This document shows positions 41,945 through 51,516 of a stretch of DNA of 64,000 bases, one piece after another. The notes below the pieces were generated by a model. The model searched no databases and was not told where the DNA came from. It saw nothing but the letters and a program-made list of their open reading frames with translations. The translations under genes and the position numbers were made by a program. The DNA comes from a bacterium. GTDB taxonomy: Bacteria; Patescibacteriota; Minisyncoccia; Phycocordibacterales; UBA12079. Position 1 is the first letter of the stretch. Every line of letters starts with the position of its first letter. The stretch spans positions 1,073 to 65,072 of the forward strand of contig DAOWHH010000016.1 in assembly GCA_030641525.1 (NCBI GenBank). The letters run 5' to 3'.

Positions 41945-42433
41945 ATGAGACTTAAGGACTTAACTTCCAGAGACATCAAGAAAGTGTTTTGGGAATCTGC
42001 AAAAAGTGGTTATGGTAGCAATAAAGTTGAAAAAATAAGAATTGATGAATTGCCAGGATACAAATGTATCCTTTTCAAATCAGGAAAATTTTCTGTTTTA
42101 GATGCATATTGTGTCACCCCTCTCAGCAACAAATCCCTTGGAACAATAACTATCTGGCTTGATAATGTTCCTGTTTGGGTTATGCAATACGGAGGATTTT
42201 ACCCAAAAAAGGTAGTTCCGTTTTTGAAACTTGCTCTTCAATCAACCATACTGAATGAAAAATTCATCGGGGGTCGTGGACCATCTTTATTTAAACATAA
42301 GGATTACCCAAATTTAAGCTATGTGAACAACCCAGAGGTAAATGACTTTACTATTTTTTGGGGGAAAGAATGGATCACTGAAGATGCTCAACCTCTCGGC
42401 TATCATTATTATAATGGTATAATTCTTATATAA
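41945..42433 (+). CDS. DUF5680-like hypothetical protein
   Basis: PVWVMQYGG, FLKLAL, GRGP, YYNG pattern; AGGAG RBS. Confidence 0.6.
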   Translation: MRLKDLTSRDIKKVFWESAKSGYGSNKVEKIRIDELPGYKCILFKSGKFSVLDAYCVTPLSNKSLGTITIWLDNVPVWVMQYGGFYPKKVVPFLKLALQSTILNEKFIGGRGPSLFKHKDYPNLSYVNNPEVNDFTIFWGKEWITEDAQPLGYHYYNGIILI

Positions 42434-42489
42434 TCCCGCTCAATAGGAAACCGTTCCTATCTGAGCGGTTTTCTTATTATTTAAGTATA

Positions 42490-42714
42490 TTACTTCAATA
42501 TATCTTTAAGTTCGTTTTGATAATTACTCATAACTTCCATAGTGGCTGACATTTGATCTTTTCCTTCTTTTATTTTAGCTTGTACTTCTAGACCAATTTT
42601 TTGAAATAATTCTGGATTACTCTCAACTACTTTTAAAATTTTTTCTTGTTCTGCTTCAGGTACATCTTTTAATTGTGACTTAAGCATCTTTTTCATTAAC
42701 ATATTTTTAAACAT
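42490..42714 (-). CDS. Small helical hypothetical protein
   Basis: 74-aa ORF. Confidence 0.7.
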   Translation of the reverse strand: MFKNMLMKKMLKSQLKDVPEAEQEKILKVVESNPELFQKIGLEVQAKIKEGKDQMSATMEVMSNYQNELKDILK

Positions 42715-43210
42715 AATAAGTTAGTCGAAAGTCAAAAGTCCATAAAGTCCAAAGTTGGGAAAAATCGCTTTACGATTTTTTCTACCACCTTCCACTTACC
42801 ACTTTCTACCTTCTATTCATTAATTAATCTTATAAAATTATTATCGACCATACGATAGCCACAGGCTATCGTATAGATATAGTTGTAATAATATTATCAC
42901 TTTAGAATGAAAATATAAATACTCAATACTTAGTTCTACTTAGTCCTCCAAGGTCTAAGTATTTTGGCAATGAAAAACACCACCCGAAGGCGATGTTTTT
43001 CATTGTACTCAGATTGTAGCAAGCTACGATCCGAGTACAATTTATATATTATCAAAACTGATTTTAAAGTCAATTAAAATTGTGGATAAACTATATAAAT
43101 AATTAATTGTCAAATAATTAAAAAATTAATGAAATCAGCTATCCTATAGCCAGTGGCTATAGGATAGCTGATTTTCTTAATTTTTATATGATATAATATT
43201 CTTAATGAAT

Positions 43211-43325
43211 CCCGTTAGAGGCCACGGTCACATATGGGAGATAAAATATTAAATTAGAAATGTCGAACTTCTTATTAAAAAATTAATTAAGCAAGTCGTA
43301 ATGATCGCGACCTGCCTCTAACGGG
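43211..43325. mobile_element. 115-bp MITE-like element with 11-bp TIRs and an ATGAAT target duplication
   Basis: ATGAAT-cccgttagagg...cctctaacggg-ATGAAT at the pfkB start codon. Confidence 0.75.
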
Positions 43326-44351
43326 ATGAATAATGAATTTGATTTTATTGCTATTGGAGATATAGTTATTGATGCTTTTATAAAAATAAACAATGCTAAG
43401 GTAAGGAACGAAAAAGGAAGTCCTGAACTTTGTATTTCTTTTGCCAACAAAGTCCCTTACGAATGGCTAGAGGTTGTTTCAGCTGTAGGTAATAGTCCAA
43501 ACGCTAGTGTATCGGCTAGTCGTTTAGGATTAAAATCCGCTTTGGTGACAAATATAGGAGATGACGACCATGGTCGTAATTGCCAAAGAGTTTTAGAAAA
43601 AGAAAATGTAGCTACTAATTTTGTTAAAATCCACCCTAATGATAATACAAATTATCATTTCGTATTATTATATGAAGCTGATAGAACTATTTTAGTAAAA
43701 CATACTGAATTTGATTATAAATTACCTAATATAGGTACACCTAAATGGATCTATTTCAGTTCTGTAGCTAAAAACTCTCTTTCTTATCATAAAGAAATTG
43801 CAAAATATTTAAAAAACAATCCTGAAGTAAAATTAGCTTTTCAGCCAGGAACTTTTCAAATGGAATTAGGATATGAAAAATTAAAAGAAATTTATGAACA
43901 AAGTGAAGTTTTTTTCTGTAATGTTCAAGAAGCCAAAAGAATCTTAAACCCTATCAAACCAGAAATATTAAATAAAATAATTGGAAAAAACAAAAAAGAG
44001 ACTGTAATTGAATTATTAAAAGAAATGAGAAATTTGGGACCAAAAATTGTTGCTATAACTGATGGACCAGAGGGGGCTTATACCTATGATGGTAAAAAAA
44101 TACTTTATACTCCAATGTATCCTGATATACAAAAACCATTAGATAGAACAGGAGCAGGAGATGCTTTTGCTTCAGCTTTTACAAGCGCTTTAGCTATTGG
44201 AAAAAATATAGAAGAAGCCCTTCAATGGGGACCTATAAATTCTATGAGTGTGGTCCAATTTGTAGGAGCTCAAAAAGGTCTTTTAACTCAAGCAAAATTA
44301 AAAGAATATTTAGAAAAAGCTCCTGAGCATTATAAAGTTACTGAACTTTAA
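43326..44351 (+). CDS. PfkB-family carbohydrate kinase
   Basis: GNSPNASVSASRLG, ITDGPEG, DRTGAGDAF. Confidence 0.92.
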   Translation: MNNEFDFIAIGDIVIDAFIKINNAKVRNEKGSPELCISFANKVPYEWLEVVSAVGNSPNASVSASRLGLKSALVTNIGDDDHGRNCQRVLEKENVATNFVKIHPNDNTNYHFVLLYEADRTILVKHTEFDYKLPNIGTPKWIYFSSVAKNSLSYHKEIAKYLKNNPEVKLAFQPGTFQMELGYEKLKEIYEQSEVFFCNVQEAKRILNPIKPEILNKIIGKNKKETVIELLKEMRNLGPKIVAITDGPEGAYTYDGKKILYTPMYPDIQKPLDRTGAGDAFASAFTSALAIGKNIEEALQWGPINSMSVVQFVGAQKGLLTQAKLKEYLEKAPEHYKVTEL

Positions 44352-44400
44352 TAAAAAAAATCCCAGTAATAAAACTGGGAGAGTAAATTATTTGATGATT

Positions 44401-44679
44401 TTACTTTTTTTCATCAAGTTTTTTATAAAAAATCATAACAAATTGAGCTATTAGCTTGTCAATTGATTTTCCACAACACTCTATAACGATTTTTATTCCC
44501 ATCACCTCAACCACATGACAAGGATTCGGAACTTTACTAGAATGATTAGGAAAATTCTCTGTAGTATGTACCAAACCACAATACTCACAAATTACAGGAA
44601 ATGGAGTTTCTATTCCCCCTAATTCCTCTACACTAAAAATCTTTGATGCTCCAACTGATATTATAGATTTTTTCAGCAT
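44401..44679 (-). CDS. Hypothetical protein with CxxC
   Basis: AGGAG RBS, CEYC. Confidence 0.6.
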   Translation of the reverse strand: MLKKSIISVGASKIFSVEELGGIETPFPVICEYCGLVHTTENFPNHSSKVPNPCHVVEVMGIKIVIECCGKSIDKLIAQFVMIFYKKLDEKK

Positions 44680-44742
44680 TTCTATCTCCTAAAAGGTTAA
44701 CTTCTAAACTTGATAGTACCAAAACAAACATTAAAAAACAAT

Positions 44743-45663
44743 TTAATTTTTAATCTCTGTATTCAATTCATAAACAACATTTTTAATTGCCTTTGCATCA
44801 AGTTTATAATATTTCAACAATTCTTCTGGGGTTCCTGATTGTCCATATTGATCCCTTACCGCTATAAATTTAATTTTAGTGGGATAATTTTCAGATAAAA
44901 ATTCAGCAATAGCTGACCCCATTCCTCCCGCTAATTGATGGTCCTCAACTGTTATGATCCCCTTAGATTCTTTTGCTAAAGAAAGAATCATTTTTTCGTC
45001 AAGAGGTTTTATTCTAGATAAATTAATTACTTTTGTATTTATTCCTTCCTTTCTTAATTCCTGTGAAGCTGTAATCGCTTGATGAACTAAATGACCTGTG
45101 GCAATAATCACAATATCCCCTTCTTTTGATAATTCTTCTTTATCTAATTCAGGAACAGATATTCTAGCAAGACGGATATATACAGGTCCTTTTATTTTCA
45201 CAGCTTCAAGTGTCATTTGCTTAGCTTCTTCATAATCGGCAGGGGAAAAAACAGTCATTCTCGGTAATACACGAGCAAGAGCTATATCCTCAAGAGCTTG
45301 ATGACTTCCCCCGTCAGCTCCTGTGACGACTCCTCCATGGGAACCAATGATTTTAACATTAGCATCATTATAAGTAATAGTTGTCCGAATTTGCTCCCAA
45401 TTCCTACCTGGACTAAAAACAGCATAAGAGGTTGCAAAAGGTATTTTACCCATAGCCGCCATACCTGAAGCTACACTAGCTAAATTTTGCTCAGCCACTC
45501 CCACTTCAATAAATCTTTCAGGAAATTTCTCTGCAAACATATCAGATTTAGTTGAATCTCTTAAATCGGCAGATAAAACAACCACATTTTCATTTTCTAT
45601 CCCTGCTTGAACAAGACCTTCTCCAAAACCTTCCCTAATTGATTTTAAATTTTTAGTTGACAT
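44743..45663 (-). CDS. Transketolase C-terminal subunit
   Basis: VGVAEQN, GADGGSHQALED, TVEDH; start set at MSTKN. Confidence 0.9.
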   Translation of the reverse strand: MSTKNLKSIREGFGEGLVQAGIENENVVVLSADLRDSTKSDMFAEKFPERFIEVGVAEQNLASVASGMAAMGKIPFATSYAVFSPGRNWEQIRTTITYNDANVKIIGSHGGVVTGADGGSHQALEDIALARVLPRMTVFSPADYEEAKQMTLEAVKIKGPVYIRLARISVPELDKEELSKEGDIVIIATGHLVHQAITASQELRKEGINTKVINLSRIKPLDEKMILSLAKESKGIITVEDHQLAGGMGSAIAEFLSENYPTKIKFIAVRDQYGQSGTPEELLKYYKLDAKAIKNVVYELNTEIKN

Positions 45664-45846
45664 AATATTTTGACTTGTTATAATTGAACTAATCACGCCC
45701 CCCCTATGTGTTCGCATATAGGGGGGGGCATTTTTATATAAAAAGTTTTAAATTTAATCTTTTCATCAATTGATATAAAATTTTAATTTGTTACAATTAA
45801 TCTAATCACGCCTCCTCTGTATTATTATACAGAGGATGGATTATTT

Positions 45847-46371
45847 TTACAGACCCATTAACTTACTTAAACTAAGTTTATACAAACCTTTCTTCATACA
45901 ATAAACTTCTTTACCTAAATGACCGTGTTCGAAAACAACAATAACTTGTTTTCTTTTTTTAATTAAATACTCATATATCGGAGCAAAGTCTCCGTCTCCA
46001 CTCATAAATATATATGAGTCATAATTTTTGTCTAAACAACCATAAACTGACATACAAATTTCAATATCAAAATCACATTTTCTTTGTTCTATATCTGTAT
46101 TTTCTATTTTAATATACTTAACTGGTTTTGTAGATAGTTTATAACCTATTTTTTCAATTGTCTTTAAGAATTTTTTAGATTTTGGATGTTCATCTAATCC
46201 GTAATAGAAATTGATTTCTTTTATATTTTTATAATTTTTAAGATATTTAAAAATAATTTTTGGGTTAGGTTCTTTTTTGATAGATTTTTTCCAATTGTAA
46301 ACATTTGCCCAATCTACAAAAACTGCTGTATCACCATTCAATTTTAAAATTTGTTTTTTAAAATTAAACAC
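45847..46371 (-). CDS. NYN/LabA-family PIN-like RNase
   Basis: FVDWANV, KCDFDIEI, SGDGDFAP. Confidence 0.88.
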   Translation of the reverse strand: MFNFKKQILKLNGDTAVFVDWANVYNWKKSIKKEPNPKIIFKYLKNYKNIKEINFYYGLDEHPKSKKFLKTIEKIGYKLSTKPVKYIKIENTDIEQRKCDFDIEICMSVYGCLDKNYDSYIFMSGDGDFAPIYEYLIKKRKQVIVVFEHGHLGKEVYCMKKGLYKLSLSKLMGL

Positions 46372-46407
46372 TACTTAAATTTTAACATATTTTCTTACAA
46401 CTTATTT

Positions 46408-47205
46408 TTATATTTCAATTGATATTGGACAATGATCTGAACCAAAAATATCATCATGAATTTCGGCTTTTTTAATTTTTTTCATTAATTTTTTAGAGAC
46501 TACAAAATAATCCAATCTCCATCCTATATTTCTTTCCCTCACCACCCCTCTATATGACCACCAAGAATAACGAATTGTTTCAGGGTAAAGTTCTCTAAAA
46601 GTATCAATCATATTATCTTCCAAAAAATTAGAAATCCATTTTCTCTCCTCAAAAGTAAATCCAGCATTTCCAATATTATCTTTTGGTCGAGCTAAATCAA
46701 TTTCATTATGAGCTACATTGAAATCCCCTGTTATAATTACAGACTTTTTCTTTTCCAATTTCTTGGTTAATTTATGTATTTTTTGATTATATTCAATTTT
46801 ATAATTTAAACGAGAAAGTTCATGATTTGAATTAGGAAAATAATTATTAATTAAATAAAAATCTTTAAATTCTAAGATTTGAGTTCTTCCTTCCTTATCA
46901 AATTTTTCATCTCCAAGACCATTTTTATGAATTAAAACTTTTTTTTCTAATTCTTTTTTTACTAAAATTAAAGTTCCACTATAACCAGGTCTTTGAGCTG
47001 AATTCCAATATTCTATATAGCCAAATTCTGAAAAAATATTTTCTCCAGACAAAGTTAAAGGAAATTCTTTATTTCGAGCTTCTTTAGAAATTTTAACCTC
47101 TTGCAGGCATAAAATATCAGGAAATTCTTTCTTTAAAAAATTTTTAACTTCTGGTTTTTTCAACCAAGCTCTTATTCCATTTATATTCCATGAGTAGATT
47201 TTCAT
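46408..47205 (-). CDS. xth: Exodeoxyribonuclease III
   Basis: SWNINGIRA, LQEVK, GDFNVAH, GWRLDY, SDHCP. Confidence 0.95.
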   Translation of the reverse strand: MKIYSWNINGIRAWLKKPEVKNFLKKEFPDILCLQEVKISKEARNKEFPLTLSGENIFSEFGYIEYWNSAQRPGYSGTLILVKKELEKKVLIHKNGLGDEKFDKEGRTQILEFKDFYLINNYFPNSNHELSRLNYKIEYNQKIHKLTKKLEKKKSVIITGDFNVAHNEIDLARPKDNIGNAGFTFEERKWISNFLEDNMIDTFRELYPETIRYSWWSYRGVVRERNIGWRLDYFVVSKKLMKKIKKAEIHDDIFGSDHCPISIEI

Positions 47206-47251
47206 TATGAACACATTGTATCATAACTGGATTTAGATTTATTCTAATTTA

Positions 47252-47509
47252 TTATTTAGATTTAATTCTTTTAATTAATTTTATGATTTGATAAATAATA
47301 ATTCCTAAAATTCCGCCAAAAATTGCACCCATAATTGAAAATAGGATTAATATAAAGGGTAAAACAGCAATGATACTTAAACCAACCTCATCAGAGTTCA
47401 TAGGAAGCCAAATTGCAAGAATATAAATAACCGAAATTATAATTCCTATAATAGAACCCATTAGTCCTATTAATAAGTTTTTTCCAATTTTTTTGAGGAT
47501 TTTTTTCAT
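47252..47509 (-). CDS. Small two-TM membrane protein
   Basis: Two hydrophobic helices. Confidence 0.7.
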   Translation of the reverse strand: MKKILKKIGKNLLIGLMGSIIGIIISVIYILAIWLPMNSDEVGLSIIAVLPFILILFSIMGAIFGGILGIIIYQIIKLIKRIKSK

Positions 47510-47536
47510 TGTAGTTATAAAGAGAACAGGATATTA

Positions 47537-48295
47537 TTATGGACAGTTTGTGGCTTTACGAAAACCAGCAGATTGAGCTTCTTGTTCGGTGCAGAAATAA
47601 GACTCTCCTTTTCTAGTGTCTATAATGGTTCTTTTGTAATTATCACAACCTGGTAATAAATAGATTTTTCCGTATCCGGCATCGGAGATATTACCTTTAA
47701 TAATGCATTCTGGATCTATTGGTTCGGTGCTTTGTTCTCTCAGGGCTGCGGCTCCTTCACTCACTTGTTCTTGATAATCGCAGTCTTTCCATAATCCTAG
47801 ATTGTCTTCTTGGGCTTGTCTTTGAGCGGTAATGAATAAGTCTCGATATCTATTATCTGGCGGGCTAGATTGGTAAAAGGCAAAGCCATTTCGTATCATA
47901 TAATAATTGACTGGGATATTGTCTTGTTCTGGGTCTTCATAGATGACTATGACATAACGAAGCAATCGTTTATATTTATCTAAACCAGAAATATCTTTTT
48001 CAATATTGATGTTTTTGTCTTTGGTAATTTCAGTTAGAGCTTCTTTTGATTCTTCATAATAGCAGGCTCCTTTTTCGGGGGCATTAATTCCTATGAGTCT
48101 GATTTTTCGTGTTTTTAAAATTCCGGTTTTGATTTTTAAGGTATCACCATCAATGATTTTGGTAATTTTGTGTTCTTGAGTTTCAAAATTAGGCTGTTGT
48201 ATATCAGTGGTTTTAACAATAGTATAGCCAGTTAAACCGCTGGCGGCTAGAAGGGTTGTTATGGCTGAGAGAATAGCTTTTTTCTTTTTTGACAT
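47537..48295 (-). CDS. Thermonuclease (SNase) with C-terminal Cys domain, exported
   Basis: IIDGDT, IRLIGINAPE, DKYKRLLRYV, GLW; IKGNIS...FCTEQEAQSAGFR. Confidence 0.9.
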   Translation of the reverse strand: MSKKKKAILSAITTLLAASGLTGYTIVKTTDIQQPNFETQEHKITKIIDGDTLKIKTGILKTRKIRLIGINAPEKGACYYEESKEALTEITKDKNINIEKDISGLDKYKRLLRYVIVIYEDPEQDNIPVNYYMIRNGFAFYQSSPPDNRYRDLFITAQRQAQEDNLGLWKDCDYQEQVSEGAAALREQSTEPIDPECIIKGNISDAGYGKIYLLPGCDNYKRTIIDTRKGESYFCTEQEAQSAGFRKATNCP

Positions 48296-48347
48296 TGGGG
48301 TTATTGTAGCATGAATTGGGTGTTATGTATGAAAAAGTAAATTAAGA

Positions 48348-48911
48348 TTAAAGATTACTTGAAGTGGAACCAGAAATAAACATATTTAATCCAGTAATAG
48401 CTCCTCCCAAAGCATTTTCCAAATCTTGTACAGAAGATAGATTATTGATATTATTTTCTACATTTCTAGTTTTAGTCGGATTGATATTATTAACTATATC
48501 TTCAAACCATTTATCTAAACCTTGCAAAATTTCATCTGTCATATTACGAACATCAAGTATTAAAACATCATTAAATAGACAACGATGAATTATATTCCCA
48601 TTCAGATCAGGAGAACTAACAAATTTGTAACTCACATATCTTCTACTACTTAAAGTAATTCCTTGATGTAAAATTTTACATCTTATTTCATACCACTCAT
48701 CATCTAATAAAAACGGGCTTGCAACATAATCAGATGCCCACTTTTTATAACGACTTGAATTAGCTAATCCATTTGTTGATTCTAATGCCCCACAGATATC
48801 TGGAAAAATAATAATATAATGTAGTAATGCCCAATAAGCACCAGCTCCTCGCATTAAGGAAATCTGGTCAGTATATACAGAAAATTTTTCTTCAAGTTCT
48901 TCTTTATTCAT
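48348..48911 (-). CDS. HEPN-like protein
   Basis: FPDICGAL...YEIRCKILHQG (RxxxxH). Confidence 0.55.
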   Translation of the reverse strand: MNKEELEEKFSVYTDQISLMRGAGAYWALLHYIIIFPDICGALESTNGLANSSRYKKWASDYVASPFLLDDEWYEIRCKILHQGITLSSRRYVSYKFVSSPDLNGNIIHRCLFNDVLILDVRNMTDEILQGLDKWFEDIVNNINPTKTRNVENNINNLSSVQDLENALGGAITGLNMFISGSTSSNL

Positions 48912-48915
48912 GGTC

Positions 48916-50544
48916 TTATTTTTGCTTAATTTTATTAATATATTTTTTATCAATAAATTCTAAAATCTTGGGATTTTCATCTTCTAAAGAAATCAATGTT
49001 AGTTTTTCTTTTGCTCTAGTTATACCAACCAAAAATTCGCATATCTTTTGATCAGTAAAATCTGATGTTTCTCGATCTAATATAATTTTATCATTTATAC
49101 CTACATAATAAACAAAATCCATTGAAAGCCCTTTCGAACTCATAACTGTTGTTATCTCTATTTCTGTTGCATCTTTTTTAATTGAGTCAAAACCATTTAT
49201 CATTTTTGAAAGTATATTTTTTAAATTAAAAATCTCACTAAATCTTTTTAACTCTTTGTTATTTAATTTATCTCTACCACTTTTAACTTTTTTAAAAATT
49301 TTAATATCTTCTTCTATATTTTCTTTTATATCTTTTTCTAGACAACTCCAAATTCCTTTTTTTTCTTGATTACTTTGAATTATTATATTTTTCACTTTAT
49401 CCTCAGAAGAAAAATATAGAAACAGAACCTTTCTTAATGATAAATTATCAGTTTTTCTCTCAAAAAGTATCTCAAAAATTTCTACTAAATTTTTGTGCTT
49501 TATTTTATTACATTTTTCTTCTGAAAATAATTCAAAATTAATAACATTAAATCCTTTTTTTATTAAACCTTCATATATTGTTTGTTTTAAATAACTAGGT
49601 ACCAAAACCAAAATCTTTTTTTTAACTCCTTTTTCAATATCTTTTTTTATAGCTTCTGATAATTGATAAATCAACAAGTGGCCTCCACAAGGTACAGAAG
49701 GTATAAAATCAATTTTAGGGTATTTTTCACTAATTTTGTTCTTTTCTTTTATACTATTTGGATATAAAAACTTTTTGTCTAATCGATCTTCTAAATAACC
49801 AGCACCCTTTGAGTTTCTAATTAAATCATTTGTAGTATTAACAATAACTTCCGTGCATCTAAAACAATAATCAAGAGAAAATTCTTCTGTACTAACGTCA
49901 CTATACAAATTTCTTATTTGTTCTGGTTTCGCATTTTTCCAATCATATAGAGATTGATCATCGTCACCAACTAAAACAACTTTATTTTTTTTATTGAGTA
50001 ACTTAATTAATTCATATTCAGATTTATTAAAATCTTGAAATTCGTCTATTAAAATTAAATCGTATTTCGGAATACAAGATTCTTGTTCTGAAAAAATTAA
50101 ATTGATAAGATAAATAATGGAATTAAATGAGTATAATCTTTCTCCATATTTATAAAAAAGAATTCGTTCTTTATAAAAATTTAACTCGTCCTCAGTCAAG
50201 TTATTTTCATGAAATCTTTCTTCATAATTAATATTATCTTTTTTTATAAAAAAATAATCTTCACTTATAACACAATCTAAATTTGAATCAAAATCTACAT
50301 CCCCTATCTTTTTTTTAGCAAAAGCATGTAAAGTCGAAACTTCTACATTTTTAAAATCTTTAAATTCTTGAGATAAATCATCTATCAATTTATTTATAAA
50401 AGAAAGAATTAGTATTTTTTTACCTTTATATTCATCTGATTCTATAATAGTTTTAAAGGTATAACTTTTACCTGTTCCTGGACCAGCTAATCCAACAAAT
50501 AAATTCTTTTCAGATTTTCTTATTTTTTCTAAAATATCAGTCAT
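48916..50544 (-). CDS. UvrD-like SF1 helicase, compact
   Basis: AGPGTGKS, STLHAF, IDEFQD, VGDDDQSLY, SKGL, VGITRAK. Confidence 0.9.
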   Translation of the reverse strand: MTDILEKIRKSEKNLFVGLAGPGTGKSYTFKTIIESDEYKGKKILILSFINKLIDDLSQEFKDFKNVEVSTLHAFAKKKIGDVDFDSNLDCVISEDYFFIKKDNINYEERFHENNLTEDELNFYKERILFYKYGERLYSFNSIIYLINLIFSEQESCIPKYDLILIDEFQDFNKSEYELIKLLNKKNKVVLVGDDDQSLYDWKNAKPEQIRNLYSDVSTEEFSLDYCFRCTEVIVNTTNDLIRNSKGAGYLEDRLDKKFLYPNSIKEKNKISEKYPKIDFIPSVPCGGHLLIYQLSEAIKKDIEKGVKKKILVLVPSYLKQTIYEGLIKKGFNVINFELFSEEKCNKIKHKNLVEIFEILFERKTDNLSLRKVLFLYFSSEDKVKNIIIQSNQEKKGIWSCLEKDIKENIEEDIKIFKKVKSGRDKLNNKELKRFSEIFNLKNILSKMINGFDSIKKDATEIEITTVMSSKGLSMDFVYYVGINDKIILDRETSDFTDQKICEFLVGITRAKEKLTLISLEDENPKILEFIDKKYINKIKQK

Positions 50545-50550
50545 TTTATT

Positions 50551-51402
50551 TCATTTTGTTAGCTTAGAGATATCAATTTTTTCCAAAAAAACTGATTGTA
50601 GAAAGTCAGCCAAATTACTATTGGTTAATTGATCCATTCTATAATCTAGTTCATCCTTAGAATTCTCACCAAAATAATATAAGTCCATATGTAATTTTGA
50701 TATATTTTCGTTTTGACTAAGCCAATTAAATGGGTTTTTAAAGTACATCTCATCAGAAACACCTAATGAATATCCAAATATCGCAATATCGTATCCTTTT
50801 TTTAAATTTTCTGGTAAATCACATCTCTGAAATCCTTCACCTGTTGTCTTTTTAATAAACGTGTGAAATTTAGTTGACTTAGTATCGTCTTGAATTCCAA
50901 ATATTATATTCGACTCAAGATCACCATGAACGTGAATGTGTTTCTCTGCGATATCATTAGAACTCCATCCTTGATTAGCTAAAATATTCTTAACAGTTGA
51001 AGTATAGTTGAAATTATAAATTAAGATGTCAGTAGTTTTGTTGTACTTATCTACCGAGTTATTAGTAATAAAGTTGTATGCTTTTGACTTTTTATTAATT
51101 TTATCATATTTAATACTCTTCAAATATTCTAAAAATTGTTTAGCCAATTCTTTATATTCTTCCTTAAAAGAAGAAAGGATTTTACTACCAAGATTATTGA
51201 TATTGTCTGCGTAATCTTTTAACGCAACTTCTACATCTACCCAATTTTCGAGTTCCGACCGATTTTTTAAATTATTTGCAATTTGATTTCCGTCTTCTAA
51301 GAGTTCATCAAAATATAGACTTTTCAAAAAATGTGAATAAGAGGTTGGTAATCCTAGATTTAAATCAAATCCATTGCCTATGATGATAATTTTCTTTTTC
51401 AT
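50551..51402 (-). CDS. AbiH-family abortive infection protein
   Basis: IIIGNGFDLNLGLPTSY, NFNYT, HVHG, FGYSLG; true start after the 94-bp repeat. Confidence 0.88.
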   Translation of the reverse strand: MKKKIIIIGNGFDLNLGLPTSYSHFLKSLYFDELLEDGNQIANNLKNRSELENWVDVEVALKDYADNINNLGSKILSSFKEEYKELAKQFLEYLKSIKYDKINKKSKAYNFITNNSVDKYNKTTDILIYNFNYTSTVKNILANQGWSSNDIAEKHIHVHGDLESNIIFGIQDDTKSTKFHTFIKKTTGEGFQRCDLPENLKKGYDIAIFGYSLGVSDEMYFKNPFNWLSQNENISKLHMDLYYFGENSKDELDYRMDQLTNSNLADFLQSVFLEKIDISKLTK

Positions 51403-51416
51403 TTTTATTTTTTTAA

Positions 51417-51510
51417 TGCGGGCAACCTCGTGCTGGAACCGTGGATGGTTAAACTCTGTGAGGTCATTTTTCAATAGATTTATTTTATCAAAATTAAGGT
51501 CTTCGTGCAC
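51417..51510. repeat. ~93-bp intergenic repeat, copy 3
   Basis: tgcgggcaacctcgtgctggaaccgtgg...cttcgtgcac. Confidence 0.9.
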
Positions 51511-51516
51511 TTAATT

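Noticed and set aside
48916-50544. Gabija system
   Set aside because: A GajB-like helicase is present but there is no adjacent OLD/TOPRIM ATPase (GajA)
51403-51510. N-terminal 36 aa of the 319-aa ORF
   Set aside because: Read-through of the 94-bp repeat; the AbiH motif begins right after ATG 51402
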